Both the position numbers and the translations under genes were made by a program. This document shows, piece after piece, positions 1 to 10,697 of a DNA stretch of 64,000 bases; the first letter of the stretch is position 1; every line of letters begins with the position of its first letter. This DNA comes from an uncultured delta proteobacterium (GTDB lineage: Bacteria; Desulfobacterota; Desulfomonilia; UBA1062). The stretch covers positions 224,001 through 288,000 of the forward strand of contig CAWCTR010000014.1 in assembly GCA_963798485.1 (NCBI GenBank). Reading direction: 5' to 3'. A model generated the notes under the pieces. It searched no databases and was not told the DNA's origin. It saw only the letters and a list, made by a program, of their open reading frames with translations.

Positions 1-1
1 T

Positions 2-151
2 GTCTTTCACCCCGGCCCTATTGAGGTGGTGATCTCCGATCCTATTGAGACAAAAGGTTGTAGTATTGAAAACCTTCAGGATCTTGTGGAAAAGACGAGA
101 GAGGTTATCATCTCGAATTTCAAACCGAATTTTCCCGAAGAAGCACGCTGA
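2..151 (+). CDS. C-terminal end of a lysophospholipid acyltransferase (PlsC-like), partial
   Basis: Frame 2 reads VFHPGPIEVVISDPIETKG...LQDLVEKTREVII, a typical PlsC C-terminus; TGA at 149-151. Confidence 0.6.
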   Translation, partial: VFHPGPIEVVISDPIETKGCSIENLQDLVEKTREVIISNFKPNFPEEAR

Positions 152-306
152 TCTAAAGATTATTCAAGGGTTTCGTCTGAGATCCCTCGCTATCAAAAAT
201 TGTATGTAACCTGATGAATTTTCTGGTAGAGGGTAGTCATGGCGCTTGAGATCAACCCTTTAGAGGCCCGGTATGGTGCCCGGGTAAACGGGATAGAGAG
301 ACGCAT

Positions 307-3300
307 ATGAATAGGGCACTGAAAATTCTGCTTATTGCTGCATGTACTGTGGCTACCCTTATGGTATGCCTTTTTGGTGCAGCTTATCTATACCTCCTCA
401 CTGACCCGGGGAAGAACTTCTTGTTACACACGATAAACACCCTCTATCCAGGCAAGATATCCGGTACGAAAATCGAACTCTCCTTGCTTACCCAGGAGGT
501 TGCGCTTGAAAATGCCATATTGTGCGGGCCTGACGGAAAGCAGGTCCTCAAGGCGAACCACGTGTACCTCAGGATGAACCTTCCCGCACTCCTCAGGTAT
601 AAGCTCATATTTGAGACTATTGACATAAAAAGGCCCGTGTTCGTCCTTGAACTTGATAAGGACGGCCGGCTCAATATCGAGAGCGCCTTTGTGGGAAAAA
701 CACCGGGCAATAGCCCGTTCAACGTGTATATCAACTCGCTCAACTGCGAGGGGGGGACATTTTCATACATCGGCCACGACAATAAGCCCATTATAAAGCT
801 CGAGAACTTTGATCTTCTCATGAACTCCGCATTTGAAACAGACACAACCCTGCACCTGTCCGTTCCAAAGGCCGATATGTCTCTCTTTGTTGCGGACAAA
901 AAGATCAATCTCGGGGCCGGCAAGGCATCATTCACCCTCTTCAATGACCGTATCAGGGATATCCATGTTACAACTAAAAATGGCTCTTCAACGGCCACAC
1001 TGACGGGTTCAGTAACCGATATGGCAAAAAAGGCGCAGCTTCACTGTAATCTTAACCTGAACACCGACATTGCAGACATAAGGGATGCCCTTGGGTTTGG
1101 CCCTGACAACACCGGCAGGATCACCGGCAGCATAACGGCAATCCATGACTATGACAACCCTGTAGTAACCGTTTCCCTTGGGTATGCCGGGGGTGATCTC
1201 AAGGGATTGAAGATCAACAAGGCTTTTCTTGATTGCAGTATGACCGACAGGGTGGCCGATATCAAAGATCTCCATGCTGCATACGCATCCGGTGTAATAG
1301 ATATCACAGGCATTGCGGATTTAAGAAAGGCCTTTTCTGAAGGCTATTTTGAAGGGATCAAGGAAGAAGATGCCATTACCTATGACCTCTCCATTACCGG
1401 TACCAGCCTTTTAATCTCGGATCTCCCCGGCATGCCCAAGGGATTAAGGGGGAAGCTGAGTCCAAGAATTGTCCTGAAGGGCTCCGGGGTCTCTGCGAAC
1501 TCTGTGCATCTTGATGCCCAATTTGCCGCACTTGTCCAGGGCATCACATCAGGCTCGTTCATGAAAGGTGATGAAGTCACCCTGGCAGGCAGGGTATCCT
1601 ACCGGAAGGATATGCTCAATATCAAGAGCCTCACTGCCCGGAACCGGGGCATATCAGCAACCTCTGAAGGAAATATCAACCTTGTCACCCGTGAATTAGA
1701 TGGAACAATTACCCTGGATGCATCACAGATTGGTGATTTGCTGAAAGGGTCAGGCATTGATGCAACCGGCGCGTTGAAGGCATCGTCACGCATCTCCGGG
1801 ACCTTGAAAAAGCCCCTTGCCGATATAACCGTGCATGTTGAAGGGACGAACATCAATGATATCACCCTTGGCACCATTGATCTGAAGGCCCTCCTGGGTC
1901 ACGATGGGAGGCTTGATGTCGGTTCCTGTTCCATAACCAACCGCACCTCAGCTATCCAGCTTAAGGGAAGCATCCAGGTCTTCAGTCAATTCCCCGCCAT
2001 GGTTTCCAACCCGGATATACTCATTGATTCGGACCTGCGCTCAGTAAACCCTTCGGATTTTTTCAAAAAGCTCCCGCTTTCAGGCATGGTAAATGGTCAT
2101 GTAAGCGCCAAAGGCCCTTTAAGCGACATTTCAGCAGACATGCGTCTGGACGGCAAGGAACTCTCCACATCGGATATACCACTTGGAGATGCCGTACTCA
2201 CCGGTTCCCTTTCACAAGGACTGCTCACTATATCACGCCTTGATTTTACCAATAAGCACTCGACAATGCTGATAACCGGCGATGCCGCTCTGTTCGACCC
2301 GGCACAGAAGCACCTGAACACGGACCCGGATATTCACCTCAAGGCCCAGGGTAACAACCTGCATGTTGAAGACTTCTTTGACAAGGCCACCGGCACATTC
2401 TCCATGAGTGCAATAATGGAAGGGTCCATGCTGCATCCCATCGGCGATATGGCGATTGCAGCAAAAAACCTCGACCTTGGCTTCCAGCGCTTCCAGAAGC
2501 TGGATATAAAGATTCAGGCAGACGGCGGCCGATTCTGGATAGACCCGGCAATACTGACCCTTTCAGGGGGTGAAAATCTGAATGCCACCGGTTGGCTCTC
2601 CACAGATGGGAAATATTCCTTTTCGCTCGGCACCCAGGGTTTAAGCCTGGAGAATCTCGACTTCATCAAAGGGCATGAGTCGGTGAAGGGAAAAATCTTT
2701 CTGAATGCCTCAGGTGAGGGGAACTTAAGCAACCCGACCCTAGCCGGGAGGATTGCTGCTACCAATATCATATTCGATGACAAACCTTTGGATGATCTGA
2801 CCTTCTCTTTTGAACTCAAGGACAATAAGGTGAGCATGCAGGGCAACTGGAACTTCTCTCTAAAGGCAGTGCATGACCTTTCCTCGGGCGATTTTTCCAC
2901 AACAGTCATTTTTGCCGAAACCGAGCTCGCCCCCTATTTCGTTATTACCGGCAGACCTACCTTCTCGGGAAGGCTTACCGGAAGGATAGATGCCCAGGGG
3001 AATTCAAGGTCACTTAAAAGTATTGATCTCATCGCCGACATTTCCACATTGGATATCCTTCAAAATAATAAAATGCTTATAATGGGCCGCACTATAAACG
3101 GATCATACAAACATGGTCTCCTCTCAATACCGCAAACAAGGTTCACCTTCGGGGATAAAGGCTGGTTCGACCTTAAGGGCTCCGGAGATAGCGTAAAGTC
3201 ATTGACCCTTGACGCCGAAGGGGTCATACCTGCTGAAGTCTTCGGTATGTTTGATGAAGATCTTTCAGACATATCGGGACTTATCCATGTGTCGTCCAAG

Positions 3301-4503
3301 ATCACCTCCCATGACAATAAACCTGAAGTCTCAGGGCTGCTCACCCTGGAGGATATCGCCTATACCATACCCATAAACGGACAGCGTTTGTACGCTATGA
3401 ATGGAAAGATCAGTATCCAGGATGACAAAATCTTCATCGAAGACCTAACCGGCAGGATCGATACAGGCTCTTTCAAGATGGAAGGTACTATAACTCGTCA
3501 AGGGTTTACACCAAGCTCAGTCGATCTGAAGACCCAGTTCACGGCATTGCCGATTTCGATCCCTGATATGATGGACTTCACCGTAGATGCCGAGGCCTCT
3601 CTTAATGCCTCTTCCGACCACTCCCAGCTCAAGTCCGATGTGATCATCCTTGATGGGACATATTATAAGGATGTACAAGTGAACCTACTGACCGGTGTTA
3701 TTGAACGCGTTCTACCAATACCCAAGCAGGGTAAGGAGCAGTTCATACCAACCCCGTTGCCCTTTATGAAGAATATGAACCTCGAAATCAACATCAAGCG
3801 CAGGGGTGATGTGAAGGTGGGAAACAATGTTGCAGATCTCTCTCTCAACCCGGATCTGAAGATTATCGGCACCCTGGTCAATCCTGTCCTGACCGGCAGG
3901 ATAGCAGTTACCGACGGCACCGTGAACTTTCAGAACAATGATTTCACGGTCTCACGCGGGGTCATTGATTTCCTCAACCCATACAAAACCCAGCCCACTG
4001 TGGACATTAAGGGCGAGGCCAAGGTCAGGGACTGGACTATTGACCTTGCTATTGAGGGACCGCTTGACAATATACAGTTCAATCTAACCTCGACACCCGC
4101 AGAGGAGCCTCCGGATATACTTTCCCTCCTGATCGTCGGGAAGACATCGCGTGAACTCACACAGAGCCAGACCGGGTTAACGGTTTCTCCGACAGCCATG
4201 GCCGCTGAGCTTCTAAACTCCACCTATGGCAGGCAGGTCAAGAAGGCCGCATCCCTTGACATCCTAGAGCTGAAGGCATCCGAATTCTCTACTTCGGATA
4301 AGGGAGAAAACCTCAAGCTGACCCTCGGCAAAGAGTTGTCCAGGAGGATGATCCTGGAATACCAGGTGGAAACCAGCAATACACAGACCGTTCAGAGGGG
4401 CATAGCTGAGTATAAGATCCTTGAGAATCTCATTGTTAACGGCTATCAGGGCACTGATGGAGTCTATGGTACGGATATCGAACTCAAATACGAGTTCCGC
4501 TGA
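307..4503 (+). CDS. tamB: Translocation/assembly module TamB (DUF490)
   Basis: 1398 aa, N-terminal TM anchor, repetitive beta-taco sequence, DUF490-like C-terminus ending YEFR; adjacent to an Omp85 gene. Confidence 0.85.
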   Translation: MNRALKILLIAACTVATLMVCLFGAAYLYLLTDPGKNFLLHTINTLYPGKISGTKIELSLLTQEVALENAILCGPDGKQVLKANHVYLRMNLPALLRYKLIFETIDIKRPVFVLELDKDGRLNIESAFVGKTPGNSPFNVYINSLNCEGGTFSYIGHDNKPIIKLENFDLLMNSAFETDTTLHLSVPKADMSLFVADKKINLGAGKASFTLFNDRIRDIHVTTKNGSSTATLTGSVTDMAKKAQLHCNLNLNTDIADIRDALGFGPDNTGRITGSITAIHDYDNPVVTVSLGYAGGDLKGLKINKAFLDCSMTDRVADIKDLHAAYASGVIDITGIADLRKAFSEGYFEGIKEEDAITYDLSITGTSLLISDLPGMPKGLRGKLSPRIVLKGSGVSANSVHLDAQFAALVQGITSGSFMKGDEVTLAGRVSYRKDMLNIKSLTARNRGISATSEGNINLVTRELDGTITLDASQIGDLLKGSGIDATGALKASSRISGTLKKPLADITVHVEGTNINDITLGTIDLKALLGHDGRLDVGSCSITNRTSAIQLKGSIQVFSQFPAMVSNPDILIDSDLRSVNPSDFFKKLPLSGMVNGHVSAKGPLSDISADMRLDGKELSTSDIPLGDAVLTGSLSQGLLTISRLDFTNKHSTMLITGDAALFDPAQKHLNTDPDIHLKAQGNNLHVEDFFDKATGTFSMSAIMEGSMLHPIGDMAIAAKNLDLGFQRFQKLDIKIQADGGRFWIDPAILTLSGGENLNATGWLSTDGKYSFSLGTQGLSLENLDFIKGHESVKGKIFLNASGEGNLSNPTLAGRIAATNIIFDDKPLDDLTFSFELKDNKVSMQGNWNFSLKAVHDLSSGDFSTTVIFAETELAPYFVITGRPTFSGRLTGRIDAQGNSRSLKSIDLIADISTLDILQNNKMLIMGRTINGSYKHGLLSIPQTRFTFGDKGWFDLKGSGDSVKSLTLDAEGVIPAEVFGMFDEDLSDISGLIHVSSKITSHDNKPEVSGLLTLEDIAYTIPINGQRLYAMNGKISIQDDKIFIEDLTGRIDTGSFKMEGTITRQGFTPSSVDLKTQFTALPISIPDMMDFTVDAEASLNASSDHSQLKSDVIILDGTYYKDVQVNLLTGVIERVLPIPKQGKEQFIPTPLPFMKNMNLEINIKRRGDVKVGNNVADLSLNPDLKIIGTLVNPVLTGRIAVTDGTVNFQNNDFTVSRGVIDFLNPYKTQPTVDIKGEAKVRDWTIDLAIEGPLDNIQFNLTSTPAEEPPDILSLLIVGKTSRELTQSQTGLTVSPTAMAAELLNSTYGRQVKKAASLDILELKASEFSTSDKGENLKLTLGKELSRRMILEYQVETSNTQTVQRGIAEYKILENLIVNGYQGTDGVYGTDIELKYEFR

Positions 4504-4507
4504 AAAT

Positions 4508-7333
4508 ATGCGCCCTGAAGCAAAACATCTCACTCTGTTACTATTCCTCATGCTCCTCTTGGCTACGCCCTGCCAGGGTCAGGAAGGTTCAAGCCAGGGT
4601 ATGCATATACCCAGTGAATATGCTGCCTTCGATGGCATGATTGTTAAGCTTATTCATATAGAGCTTATAGAATGCCCTTGGTGCACCAACACAATCGAAA
4701 ACCTGGCACGGGATCTTATCAATCTGCGTGTTGGAGAACCGTTTTCTAAGAAGCAGTATCAGCAGTCAATCGATGCCCTCATGCTCTCTAAGAGATTCGG
4801 AGCGGTGATCCCTGAAATAGAACGGGTTGAAGAAGGCATCAAAGTCACCTTCCTTCTCACTCCCTACAGAGAGATCAAGGACATTCAGATTCACGGTGAG
4901 TACCCTCTGTTCAAAAGCGATGTCTTAAAGTCCATGAACGTTTATCCTGGTGATGCACTGCTGCCTGATTCACCCGCAGTACTAGAGAAACTTATTGGTG
5001 ACCTGTATATAAAAGAAGGCTACAGAAACCCCCATATTTCCGTAACAGCAGGAAAAGACTTAAAAGGCGGGTTGGTAATCCTCGATGTGAGTATTAGACC
5101 CGGCCCATATTATTTTCTCGATTCCCTGAAGATAAGAGGAAACCATGCAATCATCTATGCCGAAATCAAGTCCCGCATGAACTCTTGGCGATCATCGTTT
5201 TTCATCAGGGAATCGGGCCGTTTCATAGAGAAGGAATTCACCCAGGATATAAAAGACCTCTTAGTCCTCTACTGGCAGCGGGGATACCCTGAATGCGAGA
5301 TACAAGAATCCGTCAATAAAAATGAGGCGACCGGCGAGGTGAAGGCCGAAGTTAACATTACGGAAGGGCCTTACTATGAACTATCCTTCTCCGGGAACAA
5401 GTGGTTCAAGTCATATACACTCAAGGATGATATACCGATCTTCATAAAAGGAAATAGGCGAGACAAGGGCATAAAAAACGGTATCAAGGAGATTAAGGAA
5501 CGATATCGAAAAGATGGTTTCCTTTTCACCGAAATCGAAATCCTTGAGGAGAAGGTAACCATAAAGGATGAAAAGATACGAAAACTCAATCTTTTAATCA
5601 AGGAGGGCCCCAGGACTCTTGTAGAATCCATACATTTTTCCGGCAACAGTTACTTCAGCGAGGAAGAACTGATAAATAAAATTCAGACAGGCAAGGCACC
5701 CTTCTATTCTCGGAAAATCTTTAATCCTGATATTTTGGAAAAGGACCTGGCATCTATTCGCGAGCTGTACCTTACCCGTGGATACAATGAAGTATCCGTA
5801 TCTCATGAACTGACCTGGAATAAAGATAAAACGGGTGTTTCAGTTCTTGTTAAGATCACCGAGGGTGTAAAGACCGCTGTCTCGTCTGTCAGGATATTGG
5901 GCCTTAAGACAATTCCCGAAAAAAAGGCCTTTAGTATCCTGCAACTTAAAGAAGGCAAGCCCTTCAGAAGTGATGTCATAAAGTCTGATGAGACCGCCCT
6001 TTCAGGGTTTATCTCGGAAAATGGCTACCCGTACGTGAGCGTGAAGACGGAAGTTGTCATGTCTAAAGATAATACCGAGGCTGCCATTACGTACGCTGTT
6101 GATGAAGGTCAGCGCATGACCATGGGAAACATCTATTACCGGGGCAACTTCAAGACAAGGACGAGTGTCATCAAGAAGGAACTGGGTATTGAGCCCGGAC
6201 AGCCGTTCTCGCTTAAAACCATGCTTGAAGGACAAAAAAATATCCGGAATATGGAGGTCTTTGATTCGGTACAATTTAAGACCTTCGGGATCAAAGAGGA
6301 GAAAGACCGCGTCACGCTGCTCATTGATATGGAGGAGACCGAACCCTACTATGTCCAGGCCGCTACCGGCTATGCTTCTGACCGCGGGTTGTATGGGAAC
6401 ACGCGTGTCGGCGACCACAACATCTTCGGATTGAACAAGGACGCATGGATCGGCGGCGAGCTGAGCCAAATCGGCTACCAAGGCGGGCTCAGCATCACCC
6501 AGCAGAGGATCTTTGATACCCCCGTTACCAACACCAATGCACTCTCCTATGAGAAAAAGGCAGAGTTTAACCAGATCTTCGGGACCTCGGTCTGGACTTC
6601 GTCATGTAACTTTTTGCGGGTATACAAACCGCATATAACAACATCGCTTGGCTTCAGGTATGAATGGAGAGATCAATTTCTCAAGGATAGATCATTTACA
6701 ATTCCGCCGGGAGATGAAGATTCTTACGAGCCCCGTGGTTCACTGATAACCACCCCATTCATCTCCTATGACACCAGGGATTCCTTCGTAAGGCCCAAAG
6801 AGGGGTTTTATTCCTCTTATTCAGTGGATATATCAAAGGGTTATCAGAATTCCCTGGATAATTTCTTAAAACATTATCTGAATCTCCGTTACTACTACAG
6901 CCCATTCCAGAGGCTCACCCTGGCCTGGCTTGGTCGTTCAGGCTATATCTACACCTATGGGAAGAAAGGTCAGCTCCCGGTGGACCAGCTCTTCTATTTG
7001 GGCGGGACTATGGATGTGAGGGGATATAATGAGAACATGCTCAGGTATGATACCAGCGGAAACCCGGTAGGCGGCCGCCTGTCGCTTGTGGGAAGCATGG
7101 AGGCGCGTATAGAAGTTTCACATAATTGGGAGACAGCCCTCTTCTATGATACGGGTTCGGTCAGGAAGGCGCTCGTGGATGCAGGGTCTGATATCTTCAG
7201 GTCCTCTGTCGGTATCGGGCTCAGGTATGTCACCCCCATCGGCCCAATGGGATTGCTCTATGGCTACAAGATTCATCCCAAAGAAGGCGAGAGCCCGGGC
7301 AGATTCCTTTTCTCGTTGGGATATACATTTTAA
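4508..7333 (+). CDS. Omp85-family (BamA/TamA-like) outer membrane protein with multiple POTRA domains
   Basis: POTRA repeats (I.F.GN, Y...GY), VRGY motif, terminal GYTF; likely start ATG 4508 followed by a signal peptide. Confidence 0.85.
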   Translation: MRPEAKHLTLLLFLMLLLATPCQGQEGSSQGMHIPSEYAAFDGMIVKLIHIELIECPWCTNTIENLARDLINLRVGEPFSKKQYQQSIDALMLSKRFGAVIPEIERVEEGIKVTFLLTPYREIKDIQIHGEYPLFKSDVLKSMNVYPGDALLPDSPAVLEKLIGDLYIKEGYRNPHISVTAGKDLKGGLVILDVSIRPGPYYFLDSLKIRGNHAIIYAEIKSRMNSWRSSFFIRESGRFIEKEFTQDIKDLLVLYWQRGYPECEIQESVNKNEATGEVKAEVNITEGPYYELSFSGNKWFKSYTLKDDIPIFIKGNRRDKGIKNGIKEIKERYRKDGFLFTEIEILEEKVTIKDEKIRKLNLLIKEGPRTLVESIHFSGNSYFSEEELINKIQTGKAPFYSRKIFNPDILEKDLASIRELYLTRGYNEVSVSHELTWNKDKTGVSVLVKITEGVKTAVSSVRILGLKTIPEKKAFSILQLKEGKPFRSDVIKSDETALSGFISENGYPYVSVKTEVVMSKDNTEAAITYAVDEGQRMTMGNIYYRGNFKTRTSVIKKELGIEPGQPFSLKTMLEGQKNIRNMEVFDSVQFKTFGIKEEKDRVTLLIDMEETEPYYVQAATGYASDRGLYGNTRVGDHNIFGLNKDAWIGGELSQIGYQGGLSITQQRIFDTPVTNTNALSYEKKAEFNQIFGTSVWTSSCNFLRVYKPHITTSLGFRYEWRDQFLKDRSFTIPPGDEDSYEPRGSLITTPFISYDTRDSFVRPKEGFYSSYSVDISKGYQNSLDNFLKHYLNLRYYYSPFQRLTLAWLGRSGYIYTYGKKGQLPVDQLFYLGGTMDVRGYNENMLRYDTSGNPVGGRLSLVGSMEARIEVSHNWETALFYDTGSVRKALVDAGSDIFRSSVGIGLRYVTPIGPMGLLYGYKIHPKEGESPGRFLFSLGYTF

Positions 7334-7351
7334 AAAGGGGTATGTTCAAAC

Positions 7352-9043
7352 TCACTCCAGGTCAAGCCCCAGCTGCCCCCCGGGGTTCATGATGTTGTTC
7401 GGGTCAAAGTGTCTCTTGAGCGCCCTTAAAACTGCCATTTGCTCCGCTCCGAGATACGCCCCGATCCAAGGTGCGATCATGCGGCCGATACCGTGGTGAT
7501 GACTCAAGGAGCCTCCGCATTTGTCAATATGGTCTATAATCCCTCTTTGAAATGTCCTGAATTCATCAAGGTCATCCATCTTTGCCAGGAAGATAAAGTA
7601 GAGGTTCGTGCCCTGCGGGTAAAAATGGGATGCATGGGTCATACACATAGTATGAGGCCGTGACTTGATGTGTTCCCTTACGCCCTGGTGCACGGCATGC
7701 AGGTTATCCCATTTCACAGAGCACTCCAGCGTATCGATAACAACCCCGAAATCCATGAGGTCTTCCCGCATGTACGGTTCTTTATAGCGGGTATGTTCCC
7801 ATTTTTTCGCAGCATACCCGGTCAGTGAAATAGCCCCGAACTCTTTGCATATCCTCTTTGCCTGCCGTTCGATATTCCTGGTAAAGGTAGCCTCTCCTTC
7901 AGCGCTTCCCAGGCAGAGGCAGCGCTGCATGGGCCTGTACCCCCTGCCTTTGAGAAAGGCATCCACAAACCCGGGCATCCCGTAGAGTTTGAGGCCCCTT
8001 TCGGTCTCCTCAGGATCGGATATGCGAAAGATGGCAGGCATGCCGAATTCACCCTGGCAGATCTCCCTGCCGGCGTTCACGGCCGCCTCCCATGTAGGAA
8101 ACATGAAGCTGAAGCGCCTGGTATTCCCGGGCATAGAGCGGTAAATCTTCATGGTGGCTTCCACCAGTACCCCATAAGTCCCCTCGCTGCCCTTCATGAT
8201 GTCGTTTACCTTGGGTCCTGTTGCGCATGCAGGGAAATCATGAGTCTTGATGGTGCCCACGGGTGTTACGTACTCCTGGCTGATGACCAGGTCATAGGCA
8301 TCCCCATAGTAGGATGATGCCTGGCCTGAACCCAAGGTCACGATCCAGCCGCCCACGGTTGAATACTCAAAAGACTGGGGAAAGTGGCCGCAGGTGTACC
8401 TTTGATTCGTATGGAAGAGCTCCGGGGCCCTATGCAGGGCCTCTTCATAGGCAGGCCCGTATAATCCTGGTTGCACCCTGGCGGTCTGGTTGGCTTCATT
8501 GACTTCGAGAACCTTGTTCATATGGGTGCTCATGACGAGCGAGATACCTCCCTTTTCCGGTCTCACTCCAAAGTTCACCGAGCTGCCGGCCCCGAAGGCA
8601 TAGACAGGTATCCTGTTTTCATTGCAATAGGCAACGATATGCTGCACATCTTCGGCGGTGCGGGGGTGCACCACAAGGTCAGCCACCTGATTGATAATGC
8701 CCTTTCTGAGTTCCATCATCTCCTCGGTAGTTTTTCCCAGCGCGTATTTAACCCTGCTGTAATCGTCGGAGGTCACATTCTCCTTGCCCACAATGGCCTC
8801 AAACCACTCCATATGATGAGCTTCCAGGGCAGCCGGCCTGTTCAGAGCGACACTCCCCAGACCCTGATCTTTTTTGGTTCGGAAGTCCTCATCTTTCATG
8901 GAGAACTCTTCTTTTATCATCTCAAACCACTTTGCGCTCGGATGTTTGAAGATATGAGGGTCACCATATTTGAATATGGATCGGTAAGAACCTTTGGGCG
9001 GGGCAACTTCGGTCCATTTCGGCACGAACTTTTTCCTGATCAT
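7352..9043 (-). CDS. FAD-linked oxidase, alkyldihydroxyacetonephosphate-synthase-like
   Basis: GHFPQSFEYSTVGGW, GSEGTYGV, SHHHGIG, DPNNIMNPG. Confidence 0.8.
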   Translation of the reverse strand: MIRKKFVPKWTEVAPPKGSYRSIFKYGDPHIFKHPSAKWFEMIKEEFSMKDEDFRTKKDQGLGSVALNRPAALEAHHMEWFEAIVGKENVTSDDYSRVKYALGKTTEEMMELRKGIINQVADLVVHPRTAEDVQHIVAYCNENRIPVYAFGAGSSVNFGVRPEKGGISLVMSTHMNKVLEVNEANQTARVQPGLYGPAYEEALHRAPELFHTNQRYTCGHFPQSFEYSTVGGWIVTLGSGQASSYYGDAYDLVISQEYVTPVGTIKTHDFPACATGPKVNDIMKGSEGTYGVLVEATMKIYRSMPGNTRRFSFMFPTWEAAVNAGREICQGEFGMPAIFRISDPEETERGLKLYGMPGFVDAFLKGRGYRPMQRCLCLGSAEGEATFTRNIERQAKRICKEFGAISLTGYAAKKWEHTRYKEPYMREDLMDFGVVIDTLECSVKWDNLHAVHQGVREHIKSRPHTMCMTHASHFYPQGTNLYFIFLAKMDDLDEFRTFQRGIIDHIDKCGGSLSHHHGIGRMIAPWIGAYLGAEQMAVLRALKRHFDPNNIMNPGGQLGLDLE

Positions 9044-9059
9044 CTGCTACCTCTGATTT

Positions 9060-10697
9060 TTAATTTACAGGCACCCTGAGTGCCTCGGCCGTTTGGGTAA
9101 GCTCCTGGGCAACCCTTTTATCGTCCCATCCAAGCTCTTTTGCCGCACTGAGGGCAACCTTTTCCAGCACCTCGTTGCCTGGATTGCCCAACGTGGCGAT
9201 ACCGGTCCTGCGCAGCACGATATCGCTTAAGGTGCGCGCCATCTCGTAACGTGCTGCATAGACTGCCTGGGCCAGGATTTCACCGTCTTCATTGAGTACC
9301 TCCGCGAGTTGCCTGTCATGCCGGGCAAGCTCCAGAACCGGCTCGAACTCGTTTCCATAATTCTTGCCCAGGTACTCAAGCGTAGAGGTTTCAAAATCCT
9401 TGTTCTTGTGCTTGATGTCGAGCATAAAGGTCTTCATGTCCATGATCTGAGAGCCCCAGAGATAGCGCTTTGCCGTGGGCGACGACGTGTGCCTTCTTCC
9501 CAGCTTCTTCTCAGCCAGGTCGACGGCCTTCTCTGCCAGGTTCCTGCTGGTGGTGAATTTGCCGCCTTCAACGGTGATAAGGCCTTGCAGACCATCAATA
9601 GTATTGTCATGGATCTCATACCTGCGGGATGCACCGTACGTGTCTGCCGAATCATCCTCCACCAGCGGCCTGAGCCCGCCATAGGTGTGCAGGACATCAT
9701 CATAACTGAGTATATCACTGCCCAGGGTGGTATTTACATCCTCGATGAGCCCCTGGATGCTTTCCCTGGTCACGCGGTATTCATCCGGGTTGCCGATAAA
9801 CGGCTGGTCTGTCGTCCCGATAAGGTTGTGACCCCTCCAGGGTATCATGAAGAAGTGCCTGCCCTCTTTGGTCATGTAACTCACCACATGTGCATTTACG
9901 AACTTTTTGGTAATGATGTGGATACCCTCTGACCTCTTCAATATACCGGAAGAATTCCCCGGTTTCGCCAGGCCAAGAAGGATATCCGCCCATGGGCCTG
10001 CGCAGTTGATGATTAAGCTTGCCTTCAGTTCACTGGCAGATCCTCTCAAGAGGTCATATACCTTCACGCCTTCGACCTTTCCGGTGCTGTTTGTGATGAA
10101 CCCGTCAACCCTGGCGTAGTTGGCCACTTGGGCCTCATGGTGTACGGCTGATTTTATGAAGGCCAGGGTAAGCCGCTCCGGGAAGATGTTGGAACAGTCA
10201 TAGAAAACAGAGGCGCCCTTCATCCCCTGGGCAAAGATACCCGGCTCAAGCACAAGGGCCTCGGATGCGCTTATCTTCCTGTGGGAAGGGATCTTCTTGC
10301 TCTTGTCCCATGTACGATTTCTGTCGTAGGAAAGGGCATCATAGATCCTGAGCCCTATCCCGATCTCAAGGGAATTATTCTTGGGGCAGACCGTGTCATG
10401 CACCATCATCATGGGTATGGGGTAGACAAAATTAGGGGCAATATTCTCTAATGTCCTGCGCTCCTTGAGCGATTCCCTTACAAGGCCGAACTCTGCATTG
10501 GCCAGGTAGCGCAGCCCGCCGTGGATAAGCTTGGATGTTGCCGCCGATGTGGCGCAGGCAAAATCCTTCTTCTCCACAAGGGCTGTCTTCAGGCCCCTGC
10601 TTGCCGCCTCATAGGCCACTGCGGCGCCGGTAATGCCGCCGCCGATAATGATAATGTCGTGATCATGGTTCAAGGGCTCTTCGATGAACCTCTTCAT
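9060..10697 (-). CDS. glpD: FAD-dependent glycerol-3-phosphate dehydrogenase/oxidase
   Basis: IIGGGITGA, TSKLIHGGLRYL, GGKFTT, LRRT. Confidence 0.85.
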   Translation of the reverse strand: MKRFIEEPLNHDHDIIIIGGGITGAAVAYEAASRGLKTALVEKKDFACATSAATSKLIHGGLRYLANAEFGLVRESLKERRTLENIAPNFVYPIPMMMVHDTVCPKNNSLEIGIGLRIYDALSYDRNRTWDKSKKIPSHRKISASEALVLEPGIFAQGMKGASVFYDCSNIFPERLTLAFIKSAVHHEAQVANYARVDGFITNSTGKVEGVKVYDLLRGSASELKASLIINCAGPWADILLGLAKPGNSSGILKRSEGIHIITKKFVNAHVVSYMTKEGRHFFMIPWRGHNLIGTTDQPFIGNPDEYRVTRESIQGLIEDVNTTLGSDILSYDDVLHTYGGLRPLVEDDSADTYGASRRYEIHDNTIDGLQGLITVEGGKFTTSRNLAEKAVDLAEKKLGRRHTSSPTAKRYLWGSQIMDMKTFMLDIKHKNKDFETSTLEYLGKNYGNEFEPVLELARHDRQLAEVLNEDGEILAQAVYAARYEMARTLSDIVLRRTGIATLGNPGNEVLEKVALSAAKELGWDDKRVAQELTQTAEALRVPVN

